Source of the DNA: Laetmonice hystrix
Taxonomy: Eukaryota
NCBI GenBank assembly: GCA_965235115.1
Contig: OZ249436.1
Location: 33,170,001-33,234,000, forward strand
Direction: 5' to 3'
Length of the DNA: 64,000 bases
Under the pieces are notes generated by a model. That model saw only the letters and a program-made list of their open reading frames with translations. It did no database searches and was not told the DNA's origin. A program made the position numbers and the translations under genes. Positions 24,279 to 37,690 of this stretch are shown here, in pieces (the stretch's first letter is position 1; each line of letters starts with the position of its first letter).

Positions 24279-26412
24279 CCGGAGTACTGGAAGAAACTGG
24301 AGTCCTACTCCCCCTAAGCCGAAATGAGGAAGATTGAACAGGGTCTCAAAAGTTGCATTCTTGTTTATTTTCAATAAGAAAGCAGTTTTCTTTATCCATA
24401 TAATATTATTATACTGAAAGAAATAAGAGCTGAAACTTTAGATGATTCTAAACATAACTGAACAGGTTAAGCGGGATCTTCCTTTGGGATTATGCGGACG
24501 GCATTCTGATGACACGACTCCGACTCAATCTGCTCCAGGCATCCGATTGGCTAAGCGATTGATTAGCGTTTAATCAGATGCCCACGGCAGAACACGGGAC
24601 CCGTTCTAAAAATAGACTGATGCTGCGCCATCTACCACACCTTTGATCGCATATTCTTATATTTTCCTAGCAGCCACTGTATGCAGGTCTTAGAAGTCGC
24701 GTTTTACTGTTTCTCTTTGACTTCAAACACTGCTCTAACTGTGGTGGTTCTATATGGTACCAGCTAGCAGTCCACCCAATAAATATCTCAGCATGAGTTT
24801 CATAAAACATAAGGGATTACACCCTCACCAAGTCTCCGATATGGATCCGAACAGCTTATAATTAATAACTGAAATATGTCTGAACAGTCAGACAGCCGTT
24901 GGCCCATATAGTACTTCTGCCACACACCAGGTGTCTCTACTACTACCCTGCTGAGAAGGTCACACCAAGACAAGTCATCTGACAAGATAGTCCTAGTGAC
25001 AGGTTTGGTCAATGCAGAATCTCTAGTACGCTTGTTGCATTAGGGAATAAGAAATGTTATTCTATATTATAGAATGTCCGAATTTCATTGTATTATCTAT
25101 AATTACACTAGCGTCCGTGATGGAACTATGACCATATAGAAAACCAGCAACATTTAGTTTGTGGGGTCGTTATGAGTTTTCTGAGCGCACTGTTCCTCCG
25201 CCTTTTTTCCTTTTTTTTCTCCCCTTCCTCCATCCACTTTCCCATTAAACAGACAACCTTCCGGGGAAATCCTTATCGCCTCAGCGATCTGAAAAACACC
25301 AGAAAGCGGCATCCATCGTTGGCCTAGATCTCGCCATCATTGCCATCTGATGTGACGTTGATAAGCGGGAGGAGCGGGCCGTGTTGCCGACTGAAGTGGA
25401 CGCTGGACCGTGAACGTGGCCGTCCTGTTTATAGCTGGACCGGCGTTGTTTGTAAACATCACTCCAGACAGGGTCCCTGCTCACCCGGCCGGACTTCGGC
25501 CTCCGCCCGCAGACCGGTAGATCGGTACCCTGATTGGGCGACTTCATCAAATGGCAGGCCCAAATATTATTGTTTCCGAGTGGGTCAGGCCAACAAGATC
25601 GAGAAAGCGGGGTCTATCCACACAGAGCAGAGGAGCAGACAGATTGTTATCAAAGGCCAGCGGGCAGGAGGTTTTCGTGATCTTTATTATCACTATATCA
25701 TTCTCGCCCCCTCCCTTCTATCTCGGTCTATACAGGGCGAGTTTAAAAAACGGTCTTTTTTACTTCGTATTTTTCCTCTCGAAATGTAAAAAAGTGATTC
25801 TGCATTTGGCTATGTGATCATCTTGATATGGTTGTTGCATAACAAAGATATAGCGTATTGTTCCCTGGCACCCGGAATCACTACCAATACAGTCATTGGA
25901 GGTTGCTAAGAGCTTTACTGGCTGGCCTTACCGCAAGAGTGGGACCCAAAGTCCCTAAAACACAGTGTTTGTCATGGGATATTTCAATACACGTGTATCA
26001 GGATGTTAGAAGCACCAGTCCACGCGCTCAACAACCATATCTAGATGATCACATAGTCAAATGCAGAATCAATTTTTTATATTTCGAGGGGAAAAATACG
26101 TGTTTTTACTCACCCTGTATACTGTGTTGAACACTATATCGGAAATACTATTCAAACAACTGGGACGTCATAATTCTGATCAATATGCCAAGCTTAATTT
26201 TATTTAATTTAATTTAAGCTTTTAAACTGTTCGAAGCTTTCATCTCTAGGAACTTCTTCTTTCGCTGAACTGAGTATAATACTAATCAGCGGTCAGCTTT
26301 GGTGATGTGTCTTTTAAAAATATTTCTAGAATACATCATTCGACCTCCAGACTACAAGCCCCCCCCCCCCCCCCGTCTCCGCCCTTGCCGACACACCTGT
26401 TTGGGACGTGAT

Positions 26413-27810
26413 CCAGTCTGCCGGCTGACCACTGGGTCCCCACCAGCCACTGACCCGCCCCAGTCTGACGGTGCTAGCCGGCTGACCACTGGGTCCCCAC
26501 CAGCCACTGACCCGCCCCAGTCTGACTAGCCGGCTGACCACTGAGTCCCCACCAGCCACTGACCCGCCCCAGTCTGACGGTGCTAGCCGGCTGACCACTG
26601 GGTCCCCACCAGCCACTGACCCGCCCCAGCCTGACGGTGCTAGCCGGCTGACCACTGGGTCCCCACCAGCCACTGACCCGCCCCAGCCTGACGGTGCTAG
26701 CCGGCTGACCACTGGGTCCCCACCAGCCACTGACCCGCCCCAGTCTGACGGTGCTAGCCGACTGACCACTGAGTCCCCACCAGCCACTGACCCGCCCCAG
26801 TCTGACTAGCCGACTGACCACTGAGTCCCCACCAGCCACTGACCCGCCCCAGTCTGACGGTGCTAGCCGGCTGACCACTGAGTCCCCACCAGCCACTGAC
26901 CCGCCCCAGTCTGACGGTGCTAGCCGGCTGACCACTGGGTCCCCACCAGCCACTGACCCGCCCCAGTCTGACTAGCCGACTGACCACTGAGTCCCCACCA
27001 GCCACTGACCCGCCCCAGTCTGACTAGCCGACTGACCACTGAGTCCCCACCAGCCACTGACCCGCCCCAGTCTGACGGTGCTAGCCGGCTGACCACTGGG
27101 TCCCCACCAGCCACTGACCCGCCCCAGTCTGACTAGCCGACTGACCACTGAGTCCCCACCAGCCACTGACCCGCCCCAGTCTGACTAGCCGACTGACCAC
27201 TGAGTCCCCACCAGCCACTGACCCGCCCCAGTCTGACGGTGCTAGCCGGCTGACCACTGGGTCCCCACCAGCCACTGGCCCGCCCCAGTCTGACGGTGCT
27301 AGCCGACTGACTACTGAGTCCCCACCAGCCACTGACCCGCCCCAGTCTGACTAGCCGACCGACCACTGAGTCCCCACCAGCCACTGACCCGCCCCAGCCT
27401 GACGGTGCTAGCCGGCTGACCACTGAGTCCCCACCAGCCACTGACCCGCCCCAGTCTGACTAGCCGGCTGACCACTGAGTCCCCACCAGCCACTGACCCG
27501 CCCCAGTCTGACTAGCCGGCTGACCACTGAGTCCCCACCAGCCACTGACCCGCCCCAGCCTGACGGTGCTAGCCGGCTGACCACTGGGTCCCCACCAGCC
27601 ACTGACCCGCCCCAGCCTGACGGTGCTAGCCGGCTGACCACTGAGTCCCCACCAGCCACTGACCCGCCCCAGCCTGACGGTGCTAGCCGACTGACCACTG
27701 GGTCCCCACCAGCCACTGACCCGCCCCAGTCTGACGGTGCTAGCCGGCTGACCACTGAGTCCCCACCAGCCACTGACCCGCCCCAGCCTGACGGTGCTAG
27801 CCGGCTGACC
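26413..27810. repeat. GC-rich minisatellite, 57/52-bp unit variants (about 25 copies)
   Basis: Unit gccggctgaccactgggtccccaccagccactgacccgccccagtctgac(ggtgc)ta. The short form lacks ggtgc. It explains the many overlapping minus ORFs at 26326-27839. Confidence 0.97.
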
Positions 27811-30774
27811 CCTACTAACAACTCATGGTCGTCTCCCACCTGTCACATCCCAACTCACAGAGCACACCACGTGAACCGCGCTCACACCTCGCCATCCATC
27901 TTCAGCGTTATTTTTTCTTTCTTTCTCTCAGACACGACGTAACGACAGTAAAACACTAGTAATAACTACAAAACCAGCCGTCTGGGCCAGAAGGAAGGAA
28001 AGATGCCGGAGAGATGTAATTTTCCTCGGGAGATTTATTCCTCTCGGCCGCGTCCTCAACCTTCTGTTGCCATAGCCACCAGCGGTAGCTTAATCAGAGT
28101 CGCGGCCAAAGTTATTAAATTCTCCACGTGATCTACATGGCATTCTCACCAAGCATGACACTAGCACAGCAGGACGCTTGTCCTAACTGTGCATCCGTTC
28201 CTTAATAAACACACATCCACCTGAAAGGCCTCAACCTCACATGCCTGGCTCCACAGTCAGCTCCACTGTCGTTATAAGGTGGAATCTGCTTATAACAACA
28301 CCGACAAAAGCAACCCAACACCTCCGTGCCTCGTCTCTGATTGGGAATATAGCTTCTGTCTCGAGCATCCGGTGTTGTTTTCTATCACAGCTTTGTTATA
28401 CGACAAGATCTTGTTAGCGTTGACTGTGTGCAAGATCCACCAGCACGATGGTATGAAAGCATTTATTGAACACTTACGATCATTCAAGTTGTCTTCTCCC
28501 ATTTTTCATATGACAAATGACAAAATGACAAAAACTAGCTGGAGTGCACGCTAACACGACGAATACCGTCGTTTTGGCATGTCGCCCAATCGTTTAAACG
28601 TTGTGTTGTGGTGTAGATTCGAAATCTATTTTCGCTAGTACAACTAGTTTGCATCACAGTGTGCATAAAAATTAAAAAAAAGAACTCCCGATGTCTCGGA
28701 AGCCAAGTAGGTCATTTTCAGTGACTGAAATAAGATTTGGTGACTTTTTGAATTTATTTTACAAAATACCGGCCAAACATATAATAAAAAGGTAGGGCAG
28801 GTTTGGGCCATATCGGAGAACCGCAATGCAGACATATTTTTGATGAAACACGATGTATTGCTTGAAATTCATGAGCCAAACCCTTTAACCTGCGTCCCAT
28901 GGTCAATTCAGTAGTCGAAGAAACGATAAATCAGAGGAAATTATTTATTAAAGACTAAAATCACATGCTGGTCTAGACAACATGTGGCTACAAAAAGCTA
29001 TAGACTTCATTTCCCTTTCAAGAGAAACGATTCAGTGAACAAAATAAACTAAACTGAGGATAGACATCCATCGTATTACATGAATGGTGACATCAATGCA
29101 AAAGTAGAAAAGCGCAGTTTATTTCTACAGATCGAGAGAAGCCCAATTTCATGAGTTTGAGAATCAAATATCTCTGTTATTATCGACTCACTCTAGGAGA
29201 GAATAACCAGATAGGTTGATCCATGCAAGAAATGCTATACGCTAAAGGAACCCCTTACAATGAACCTCATATTAGGATTCGGACGATAATTTAGTTCGAG
29301 TGGGAATACACAGACACTTCAATTGAAAAACATTCTCTACTTTTGGCCCAATCATCCATCAGGGGTCAAAGCGTCTCGCTACTTACAAACGTAATGACCT
29401 AACTCTGGCCAATATCAAAGCGGAAAAGTTCCACTTTATTAATACATCCAAGAGAAGATAGAGATCTCCAGAGTCTTGAGAAGGATTATCTGTCTGTTGG
29501 GTTACTACTCCTGTTTGTGGTTGAGTTACATTAGTGCTACTTCGGGTATACAATAAAACAGGTCTTCCCACCAGGCCACCTCTAATGGACCATGCGGATA
29601 ATGGCCTCGTGACCACTAAACGCCTGTCTGCAACGTCTATCAAGATAACGGTGTTTATAGCCGCCTGCTAGGCGACTTAAATTAGAAGGGAAATGTGCGT
29701 AGGTATACGTAACAAAGCGTAACTACAGAATTCGGACAAAATCTTGACTTCCCTACGTGCACAAACAAATACATCAACTCCCCACAGGTTATCAATTACT
29801 TACTTCTTTGTAATCGTGACAGATTGAGGGAACCCTGTAACGCCATTTTGTTTGACTTATATATGGCCAATGACACAGCATCCCCTGTCAGCACTATACA
29901 ATGTTATATGTTTTTTCTCGAATCTTATGGTTACAGCGAGTTGGAATAGCAACAGGGCTTACAAACATTTTGAGAAGAAATCACTGCCCACACCAACCCT
30001 CTGGATCCACACCATGTTGTGTCCGATGACCATCTGCCTGATGGCGACCAGTAACGACTGATCAAGTGGAGAAGACCTGGCTCCGCCTGACCCAATGACA
30101 TTTAAACAATTCCCCTCGGTCCCAGCCCTCCTTTCATTCCCATTTCCTCAGCCGACACCTAGCCCCCCTCGCCAAATGCTAACTAACCTTTAAGTCATCA
30201 AGGTACCATTCTGAATGGTTTCTGGCGAATTTGGCGCAGCTCACCAACTGTTATAGGCCAGGTGTAGACTGGACAGTCTCTTTGATGTGTCTGATGTTAC
30301 AGACACAACGGCTGTGTGAATGGATGTTAGATATTTACCAGTGCCTATTAACGGGTCATATACAGGTCTATGGTTCATTCCCACCGAGCGATGGCTTGAT
30401 TTCAGCTTGGCCTTATGGACAAAATGGTGTTAGATAGGGTTTAATTACCGTGCTTTGTAACCCAAGTGTTCAGGTCTTGATCAACTACAAAGAATCGTCA
30501 CACTTCTTAACAGCTGACAAATGGTTCGAAACTAACTGTAACACGTTGTAAATGTGGAGCAATTCACGCAAGTCTTCCTAACTCCCCTAAAAAATCACAC
30601 ATTTAGCCCGTGCCAGGATGCCCTTAATTATTTAACAGTGGAATGTGCTGTAGAAATCGTGTGTAACTCTAGGGAAGCAGGTTCCGTTTTATCTCGGCAG
30701 ATGTGTCAGTGTGTAAGGGGGAGGGTCCACTGTGCTGCTCGACCACCAAAACTTACTTTTTTATGGAAGTGTCA

Positions 30775-30870
30775 GGGGTCGAGTGGGCATGGACGTTGAA
30801 ACCTTATGCTATGCGAATGGGTGCAGTAATCTTGGGGCCGGGTTCGATTCCAGTAGGGGACTATACAACT
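30775..30870 (+). mobile_element. tRNA-derived SINE head (Pol III A/B boxes)
   Basis: A-box-like ggtcgagtgg (~30777-30786) and B box GGTTCGATTCC (30841-30851). No intact cloverleaf is evident. Confidence 0.45.
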
Positions 30871-33800
30871 TTTCTCTTTCCGGACATTCTGAAAGTAACT
30901 TGGTTACGCCTGATGCCCGGGCACAGTGGAAAAATCCCTAAAAAAAATCACACATCGTTGATGACTTGAATGCTTCAGAGAATCTGCGGTATGGACAGCA
31001 CGGTTTTTGACCTATGTTCCCGAACTAAAGTGCTGATGTGCGGTGGACCCTTCCCCTTCTCAGTTAAACGTACCTCTGGTGGCTGGTATTTCCATTACTC
31101 AATTTCTATCACACTTTGCTTATCACTTCTAATAACAGGTAGAGTTTTTATACAAGGTTTTTTCCCTTACCCTCATTACATGAATGGGCGACTCGGAAGT
31201 GTCTTGATGGAATTGTTACTATCTTTGTCTTCCAGTACAAATGTCAAGCGCTCTTCCTACTACCAAGTTTTTGGCTGAGTTCATTATCTTCCACTTTTTT
31301 CTCCACACTCTAGCCACATAAAGAGGTGTCAATGGTCCATGGCTAACTGCATCTCTTCTTGCAACCAGCCTCATTCTTCAGGCTATGAGGCGGCCTGTTT
31401 TTTGTCCCAGTTGCCTCCCCGGATGCAATGATATTGCCACTCGTTGCAACAGACACATTCACCATATGTATTGAAATCCGAGCTGATGTCTTACACACTT
31501 AGGTAAACTGGTTTACATGCTAGAGAAACAAACTGCTAACTGGCTGCCAAGGGAAACAGGCACAATTATGTTCACATTGCCAGTGATCTGAAAGAGATTG
31601 AAGGCACTTCTGTGGGCAAAGACACATCTTGCCGCTAGTGTTCGTCGACCCTTGATAGCTCACAGATGTCACAAACTTTGATCAAACGACAAGGGCAGTT
31701 GGTCTTGACAGCCACTCAAGATCCAGAAAGTGTTTGATTTTATAACGCTATAAGTCGGAACAAAGTACATGTAATATAAAAAGTCCAGGACGCCGATAGC
31801 TCATATTTCCAATTAATGTGATTATACGGTAGCCGCATTAAACAGGGTTTTGACGATTTCAATTACGGCTGTCAGATCTATTCACAAAGGTTGAATCTTT
31901 TTGTCCCCGTAGTTAAAATAACTTTTAGGCTTCTGGGACTTTTAATTTGAAGGCCAGAAAGATCCCTACACAATTACCCAAATACTTAATTTTTCTAATT
32001 TATATTTTAAGTTAAACAACTCTTTCTTTGGGGACAATAAATGACAGCTGAAATGTTTACATGTATTGAATGTCACTTGGGGATGAAATCCTTTTTATCT
32101 CTCTTTTTCTCAACAAGTTATTTATATACTAGCGGACCTCTAAAACGTGTAGAAGATTGTGAGCAGCAGTAGTCTATGTTTTTGTGGGCAGGGACATACT
32201 GCCTGCTGCCAGTTGTATTTTGATGCCCACCACACACTTTCTGCTATCAATGTTGGTGGAGCACCTGACGTTGTTGTTCTAGTAATCGGACTATATTTCC
32301 ATCTGAATTCCGCACAGTATGTTCAACACATGCGGAAGGTCTACCAGCAGGCACCGAGCATTTCTAGCCTCTTCACGCCCCAAGAAAAAGATAGCGACTC
32401 TGTCAGCGATATCTGGCCGCATATGATACCACTTGAGGCCACCGTCAGTGACAAAAACCTCCTGGACACGACCGATAAGGTTTGACATCCAAGCTAGGGC
32501 GGGCATTCGCTGATGACGCCCAAAGTTTGTCTAAAACTCAGAAGCAGGTGCGGAGCTACGAAAAGTTATTGCTCCGAAAAGTCAAACTAACATTGAAAAC
32601 TGGGAACCAGGAAGGAGAAATAGAGCGGTTCCCTCAACGCCTCCGGAGCATCTGAAGAAATTACACCAGCCTCCTCATCACCTTGACCTATTGACGACGG
32701 TGTTTGCTTTGTGCGAGAGACCTGCCACACAATGCTTTGATATACACGATCAGAACCACATGCACATTGTCATCAACTGGATTTTTCTCAGAACGGAACT
32801 TAGTGGTCAGGTCGGGTAGAGCCATGTTTTAATGACATTGCTGGGACACCGTAGTGATTCCAAAGCCGTCAGTCTATTAGGCCCAAATGAACACCAGCTG
32901 TCGGGCGGGAGTCCGATGTGAAAGGGCATGATGGTGCCGCTTAGCTCCTCCATTCGGGCCGCAGTCTGGCCTACAGACAACACTTTACCAAGTAAACCTC
33001 ACTTTTTGTCGGCACACTCGTGGGCCACAGTAAAGTTTAATAGTTAGGAGCTATGTATGACTTTGAGGGCATCAAAGTTGTTTTTTTTTATTCTACGGAG
33101 AGGGCACTGGTCTGAGCACGAGAGTTGACGTGATTATTGAGGTTGCTTTACTGATGTCTAATATTAAATAACCTTACAGATGCCGTCCTTCGTTTTGGAT
33201 CAAATTTGCAAACGACCCATCATGTCACCCAATTCCTCATGCACAAAGTTTCAACCAGTTTTCCATTGGTTCAATGGTTTGCACGGACAGTGTAGGACTG
33301 CGAGTGTCTGGGTTCAGTCTAAGAATATGTGAACCTCCGACCGGTAAGAGGTGGGTAATAAGGGTTCAGCTGGACCTGTGACCCCTTGCCTGAGGTCCTT
33401 CCTCTTCATCCCTCACCCCCTACCGCCCACCTCACAGGTTGAACGCCCTACTCCAACAGATGGTCACCCTGGCCCTCACCCGTCCTCCAGACCACACCTC
33501 CGTAACGTCCCTCCAGTGTGGACCGGCCAACCATTCTGGCCTGAGGGCCCGACTTGGCCAACCAACCCAACCTCCGTGCACCCCCGACCAGTGGTGCCGT
33601 GCCGAGATCGGTGCAGCGAACGCTGGCTTCTGGGATTTCTCCCTGACCCACTTCTCCGTCGGCCTCCGCCCTCCTGGCTTTGGTTAGGTCGCTTGCAAAC
33701 TTGTGGCTTAGTTTAGTGTGGGCCCCTGTCTGCCGCAGAGTAAACTTACAAGACTGCTGATTCTTAGAAGTCTATTCTAGCCCCACACCAGCTGGACACG

Positions 33801-35020
33801 TACAAGGTTTCTATAGAGAATTTCCCCACCAGGGTTAATTCCTGGCAAACTGTGCACCATGTTCCGGGTAGCTGTAGGCCCATCAAGACACGGAGTACTG
33901 AAAGAGATTCAGGCTGGATAGAGAGGGGTGTCTACCATCTGGGCCGGCTGAACAGACTGACAATTTTAAACCCTCCTTTAGAGCTCTGTTGGGGGTAGCA
34001 AAGGCCCGCCCGCCAGATGCTGCTTCGGGCAGGGGAATCCAAAATGTCATATTTCTGCTTCATAAGCCTTCGGCTGCCACCCAGCCGATGTGAAAACATA
34101 TCCATTTCATAACAACAAACTCAAGGTCTTTTTTCCTTGGCGCCCTTCCCGTGCCTTTATTTTCACTGATAACAGACTATGATAAACCATGCAAGACATT
34201 ATATAGGATTACTCCCGTCTCGTGTGGTCTTTACATATTGAGAGGAAAACTCTCACCGACAAATGTGTCCATGAAAACATTTTAACTTCAACGTGCCTTA
34301 TATTTCCCTTTCCCTGCTTTTGTCTATAATATATAGAAAGTCTGACCTTACAAATGACCTATTTAGTGTTCTCAATTTCTGGAATGTTTCCCATGTCCCT
34401 GTGTGTAGGAAAAGATTCCTGTTAACTGGAGTAGTGTACCAGCCATACGTACAGTGTGACCAGTTGATGCCTTATCTACATCACCTAACAAGATTTACCA
34501 GTCGTGAACACAGGATTCCGTGAAATTTGGAAGGTCTTGACCACTTCTTGGTTTGGACTATTAACACTGCCTCAACTGTTATCTCACTAACTAAGCTCAC
34601 GTGGTCATACCTTATCCTAATCGTCATCTCATCCCCTTAAGTGCCCAGATACAGATGCGCTGTGTAAATATTCTGCCCAGACCCACATGCAACACCATGG
34701 CATGTCGAGAAGAGTTCATGCATGTCACCATGAACCAGAGAATAACGCTGAATGGCTAAGACGAACCCTTTTATAACTAGGAAATAGTCTCAGTTCACCG
34801 CTAGGCTTTTAATCCATTATTTCAACACCAAAAATAGAGCGTCAAATCATACCGCAGCTAGCAGTCCATCCCATCTTGTGCAAGGTCTTGTCTCGGAAAA
34901 CTGGCAAGTAGCGGTAGTTGAGATAAACAGAGGAGCAGATGGCTGGATTACCATCTGTACATTACCGCTGACTGAACAAGCTTGGTGCCGTTACCGGGGA
35001 ACACTCCCTGACCCACTGCA

Positions 35021-35455
35021 CCCAAACTCTTGATCCAAACTCTGGATTCAAACTTTGGATCCAAGCTCTGGATCCAATCCAAACTCTGGATCCAAACTCT
35101 GGATCCAAACTCTGGATTCAAACTCATCTAGACCCAAACTCTGGATCCAAATTCTGGACCCAAACTCTGGATTCAAACTCTGGATCCAAGCTCTGGATCC
35201 AATCCAAACTCTGGATTCAAACTCATCTAGACCCAAACTCTGGATCCAAATTCTGGACCCAAACTCTGGATCCAAACTCTGGATCCAAGCTCTAGATCCA
35301 ATCCAAACTCTGGATTCAAACTCTGGATTCAAACTCTGGATCCAAGCTCTGGATCCAATCCAAACTCTGGATTCAAACTCATCTAGATCCAAACTCTGGA
35401 TCCAAGCTCTGGACCCAAACTCTGGATCCAAACTCTGGCCTCAAACTCCGAATCC
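35021..35455. repeat. 13-bp GGATCC-core minisatellite with higher-order structure
   Basis: Unit aaactctggatcc with variants. The marker aactcatctaga recurs at 35121, 35220 and 35376. Confidence 0.95.
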
Positions 35456-36437
35456 CTGATGTTGGCTGGATGGGGATGGAGGCCAACGGGGATCGACCTA
35501 ACGTCTACGACTCAAGCCAAACTCAGCATCAATTCAAAATCAAGCTATTTCAGAGCAAACTATAAATGTAAGGTTAAACGTCGGTCGTTTGATCACTTGA
35601 TATCCTATATTTTAGCATTATCCTGTTAATAAGCATGGTTCCTTTCAGTGCAATACACAGATCTACCTTAAATGCGCATTAATTCTGGACATAAATTCAT
35701 ATCACACTAAAATGTGCCGGTGAGGATCTCAGCTACTGTAGGCCTTGGCTACTTAGAGATAATTCCTTACTTCTCAACCCATACTTTCTCTCGGCTGCCT
35801 CTCCTACTAACACTTTTTTTGAATTTCTCGAGGTAAAAAAGATCCAACTTCAATCTGACAGGCATGGCTTGCTTCAAAATCGTCGCGAAGGACCAGCAGC
35901 ACAATCACAAGGGAGGGGAATTAGACATGCAATAACGCTCAGAATGTCAACGATGACAGCTACACTTGTAGAAATGGCCGTGTTAAAAATGTGACTTTGA
36001 AAGCAAAAGTCCATTTTGATGTCTGCCCGTCTCCTATTACTGCTACAAGGGAAACCTAAAGAGGGTCTTGTGAGTGGTCTGGTTGGATATGTTTATTGCC
36101 TGGCATGTTTTTTTGGGGAAAGAAACAATTTACAGATGAAATAGTAAACCCCGTACACTTCGTATTTCATCTCATCTAATGTACACAAGAAAAGGTGCGA
36201 GTTTTTCAGTGAAATCAAAATATAATCAAATCTAAAGTGTACTGCTTGCCGTGCTATACTTGTTTTTTAAACAATACAGATCTCAAGTAATCACTTAGGG
36301 GACTCCATTTGTATGGACAATACCTTTTGCGAAGCGTGAAACTTCCCCTGCAGACCAGGTTCCTTCCTTCCCTTCTTTTTGGTTCCAAATCTTTTATATA
36401 GGCTCAGTTCGGCATTTAAAGTTTAAGAGAAAAGCTC

Positions 36438-37690
36438 AGACAACCGTGATGGGTCTCCTGTTACTCTGTGTACACAGGCTGTGACAGCCGTGATGGGTCC
36501 CCAGACACTGTCTGTGTGAACTGGATGCGACATGAGACAACTGAGATAGGTCCCCAGGCACTGCCTGTGTGAACAGGCCGTGGTGTGAGACAACTGAGAT
36601 GGGTCTCCAGACACTGTGTGAACAGGACGCGACATGAGACAACTGAGATAGGTCCCCAGGCACTGCCTGTGTGAACAGGCCGTGGTGTGAGACAACTGAG
36701 ATGGGTCTCCAGACACTGTGTGAACAGGACGCGACATGAGACAACTGAGATGGGTCCCCAGGCATTGTCTGTGTAAACAGGCCGTGGCGTGAGACAACTG
36801 AGATGGGTCCCCAGACAGTGTCTGTGTGAACAGGCCGTGGCGTGAGACAACTGAGATGTGTCTTCCGACACTGTCTGTGTGAACAGGCCGTGGCGTGAGA
36901 CAACTGAGATGGGTCCCCAGACAGTGTCTGTGTGACAGTGTCTGTGTGACAGTGTCTGTGTGAACAGGATGCGACATGAGACAACTGAGATAGGTCCCCA
37001 GGCACTGTCCGCGTGAACAGGCCGTGGCGTGAGACAACGGAGGTGGGTCCCCAGACACTGTCTGTGTGAACAGGCCGTGGCGTGAGACAACTGAGATGGG
37101 TCCCCAGACAGTGTCTGTGTGACAGTGTCTGTGTGAACAGGATGCGACATGAGACAACTGAGATGGGTCTCCAAGCACTGTCTGTGTAAACAGGCCGTGG
37201 CGTGAGACAACTGAGATGGGTCTCCAGACACTGTCCGTGTGAACAGGCCGTGGCGTGAGACAACTGAGATGGGTCCCCAGGCACTGTCTGTGTGAACAGG
37301 CCGTGGCATGAGACAACTGAGATGGGTCTCCAGACACTGTCCGTGTGAACAGGCCGTGGCGTGAGACAACTGAGATGGGTCTCCAGACACTGTCCGTGTG
37401 AACAGGCCGTGGCGTGAGACAACTGAGATGGGTCTCCAGACACTGTCTTTGTGAACAGGCCGTGGTGTGAGACAACTGAGATGGGTCTCCAGACACTGTG
37501 TGAACAGGACGCGACATGAGACAACCGTGATGGGTCTCCAGACACTGTCTGTGTGAACAGGCCGTGGCATGAGACAACTGAGATGGGTCTCCAGACACTG
37601 TGTGAGCAGGACGCGACATGAGACAACTGAGATGGGTCTCCAGGCACTGTCCATGTGAACAGGCCGTGGCATGAGACAACCGTGATGGGG
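36438..37690. repeat. 53-bp minisatellite with 49-bp and insertion variants (about 23 copies)
   Basis: Unit gagacaactgagatgggtccccagacactgtctgtgtgaacaggccgtggcgt, period 53 (36791 to 36844). The minus strand lacks stops, which gives three ORFs of about 400 aa. Confidence 0.97.

Noticed and set aside
26326-27839. Numerous overlapping minus-strand ORFs
   Set aside because: They are direct products of the 57/52-bp tandem repeat, and the frames rotate with unit length.
29383-29643. APE endonuclease-like pieces (GRPVLLYTRSS; DLYLLLDVL...LILA) on the minus strand
   Set aside because: It lacks the diagnostic YRPP and GDFN motifs, so it is too weak to call.
30775-30870. Functional tRNA gene
   Set aside because: A and B boxes are present, but there is no acceptor-stem pairing or cloverleaf, so it is treated as a SINE head.
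35048-35459. ORFs on both strands (LWIQ / RVWI repeats)
   Set aside because: They are translations of a 13-bp minisatellite.
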